Below, in pieces: positions 63,456 to 64,000 of a stretch of 64,000 bases of DNA (the first letter of the stretch is position 1; every line of letters starts with the position of its first letter). The notes below the pieces were generated by a model that had not been told where the DNA came from, searched no databases, and worked only from the letters and a program-made list of their open reading frames with translations. The stretch comes from an uncultured Alphaproteobacteria bacterium (GTDB lineage Bacteria; Pseudomonadota; Alphaproteobacteria; JAJFIK01), in the NCBI GenBank assembly GCA_964474635.1, contig CAYYTT010000002.1, positions 6,015-70,014 of the forward strand, in the 5' to 3' direction. Position numbers and translations under genes: made by a program.

Positions 63456-64000
63456 TTATCGCTTGATACGGATCATTTCCTCGAGCATCTGATCCGCCGT
63501 CGTGATGATTTTGGTGGAGGCGGAATAGGCCCTCTGTGTAGTGATGAGGCGTGTGAACTCCTCGGCAAGGTCGACGGTCGAGCTTTCGAGCGAAGACGCC
63601 GCGACGGATCCGGCGCCGCCGGTGTTGGCCTCCAGCAGGGTCACGTCGCCGGAAATATCCGTACGGATATAGGCGTTGCCATTCGCCGCCGAAAGGCCGT
63701 TGGGATTCTGGAAGGTAGCCATGGGCAGCTTGAAGACCGGCTGCTGAACACCGTTGTCGAACAGGGCCGTCACGACACCGTTCTCGTTGACCCGCACCCC
63801 GTTGATGCCGCCAAACAGGGCGCCGTTCACACCGCTCGAAATGAGGGTAGACGCACTATCGAACTGGGTGATCCCGTTGGCTTCGCCCACATTGCCGAAA
63901 TTGAGCGTGATGGGCTGGGCGGCAAGGCCAGTGGACGGCGTATCCCAAGGAATGGTCACATTGGCCGATCCGGTCGTGGGTGTGGCGAGGGTCCCGTCCG
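63456..64000 (-). CDS. flgE: Flagellar hook protein FlgE (set 2), C-terminal part; the N-terminus lies beyond the window end
   Basis: SLESSTVDLAEEFTRLITTQRAYSASTKIITTADQMLEEMIRIKR C-terminus. The frame stays open to position 64000. Confidence 0.88.
   Translation of the reverse strand, partial: DGTLATPTTGSANVTIPWDTPSTGLAAQPITLNFGNVGEANGITQFDSASTLISSGVNGALFGGINGVRVNENGVVTALFDNGVQQPVFKLPMATFQNPNGLSAANGNAYIRTDISGDVTLLEANTGGAGSVAASSLESSTVDLAEEFTRLITTQRAYSASTKIITTADQMLEEMIRIKR

Overview
High-GC segment with an alphaproteobacterial gene repertoire (FlaF/FlbT, SciP/DUF1153, DUF1217, Rem/FtcR-like regulator, FlbD-like activator). I found no rRNA, tRNA, CRISPR, transposase or integrase. There are four blocks. 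(1) 1-4251 and 11286-12372, minus strand: housekeeping genes ctpA, an envC-like M23 peptidase, gpmI, then rlmH and rsfS. (2) 4.25-11.29 kb: a compositionally distinct islet that splits this housekeeping block. It carries a curli-type amyloid secretion operon (csgA-like, csgB-like, csgF, csgG), then a secreted acidic-repeat protein, a secreted FGE/SUMF1-domain protein and a very AT-rich LuxR-family regulator. A heptanucleotide microsatellite sits at one edge. (3) 12.4-16.9 kb: an orphan XdhC-family protein, two divergent OmpA-family paralogs and a GST. (4) 17.4-64 kb: two different flagellar gene sets placed tail to tail. Set 1 (17456-52182) resembles Rhizobiales/secondary flagellar clusters: fliK, flgD, fliL, flgHAGF, motAB, flgEKL, flgI, flagellin, flaF, flbT, fliI, flgBC, fliE, fliQ, flhA, fliR, flhB, motE-like, fliM, fliL, fliF, fliH, fliN, fliP, fliG. 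Set 2 (52242-64000, all minus strand) resembles Caulobacter/Rhodospirillales polar clusters: flgE, sciP, fliF, fliG, fliH, fliN, motA, flbD-like, flhA, flhF, flhG. The best leads are: the curli islet and its unassigned accessory genes; the two flagellar systems lying next to each other; a 518-aa exported protein translationally coupled to motA; EF-hand-like loops in the flagellin variable domain; and repeated TTAA-N7-TTAA-like boxes around sciP and fliF2. Gene calls rest on my reading of the ORF translations and motifs. No database search was run.
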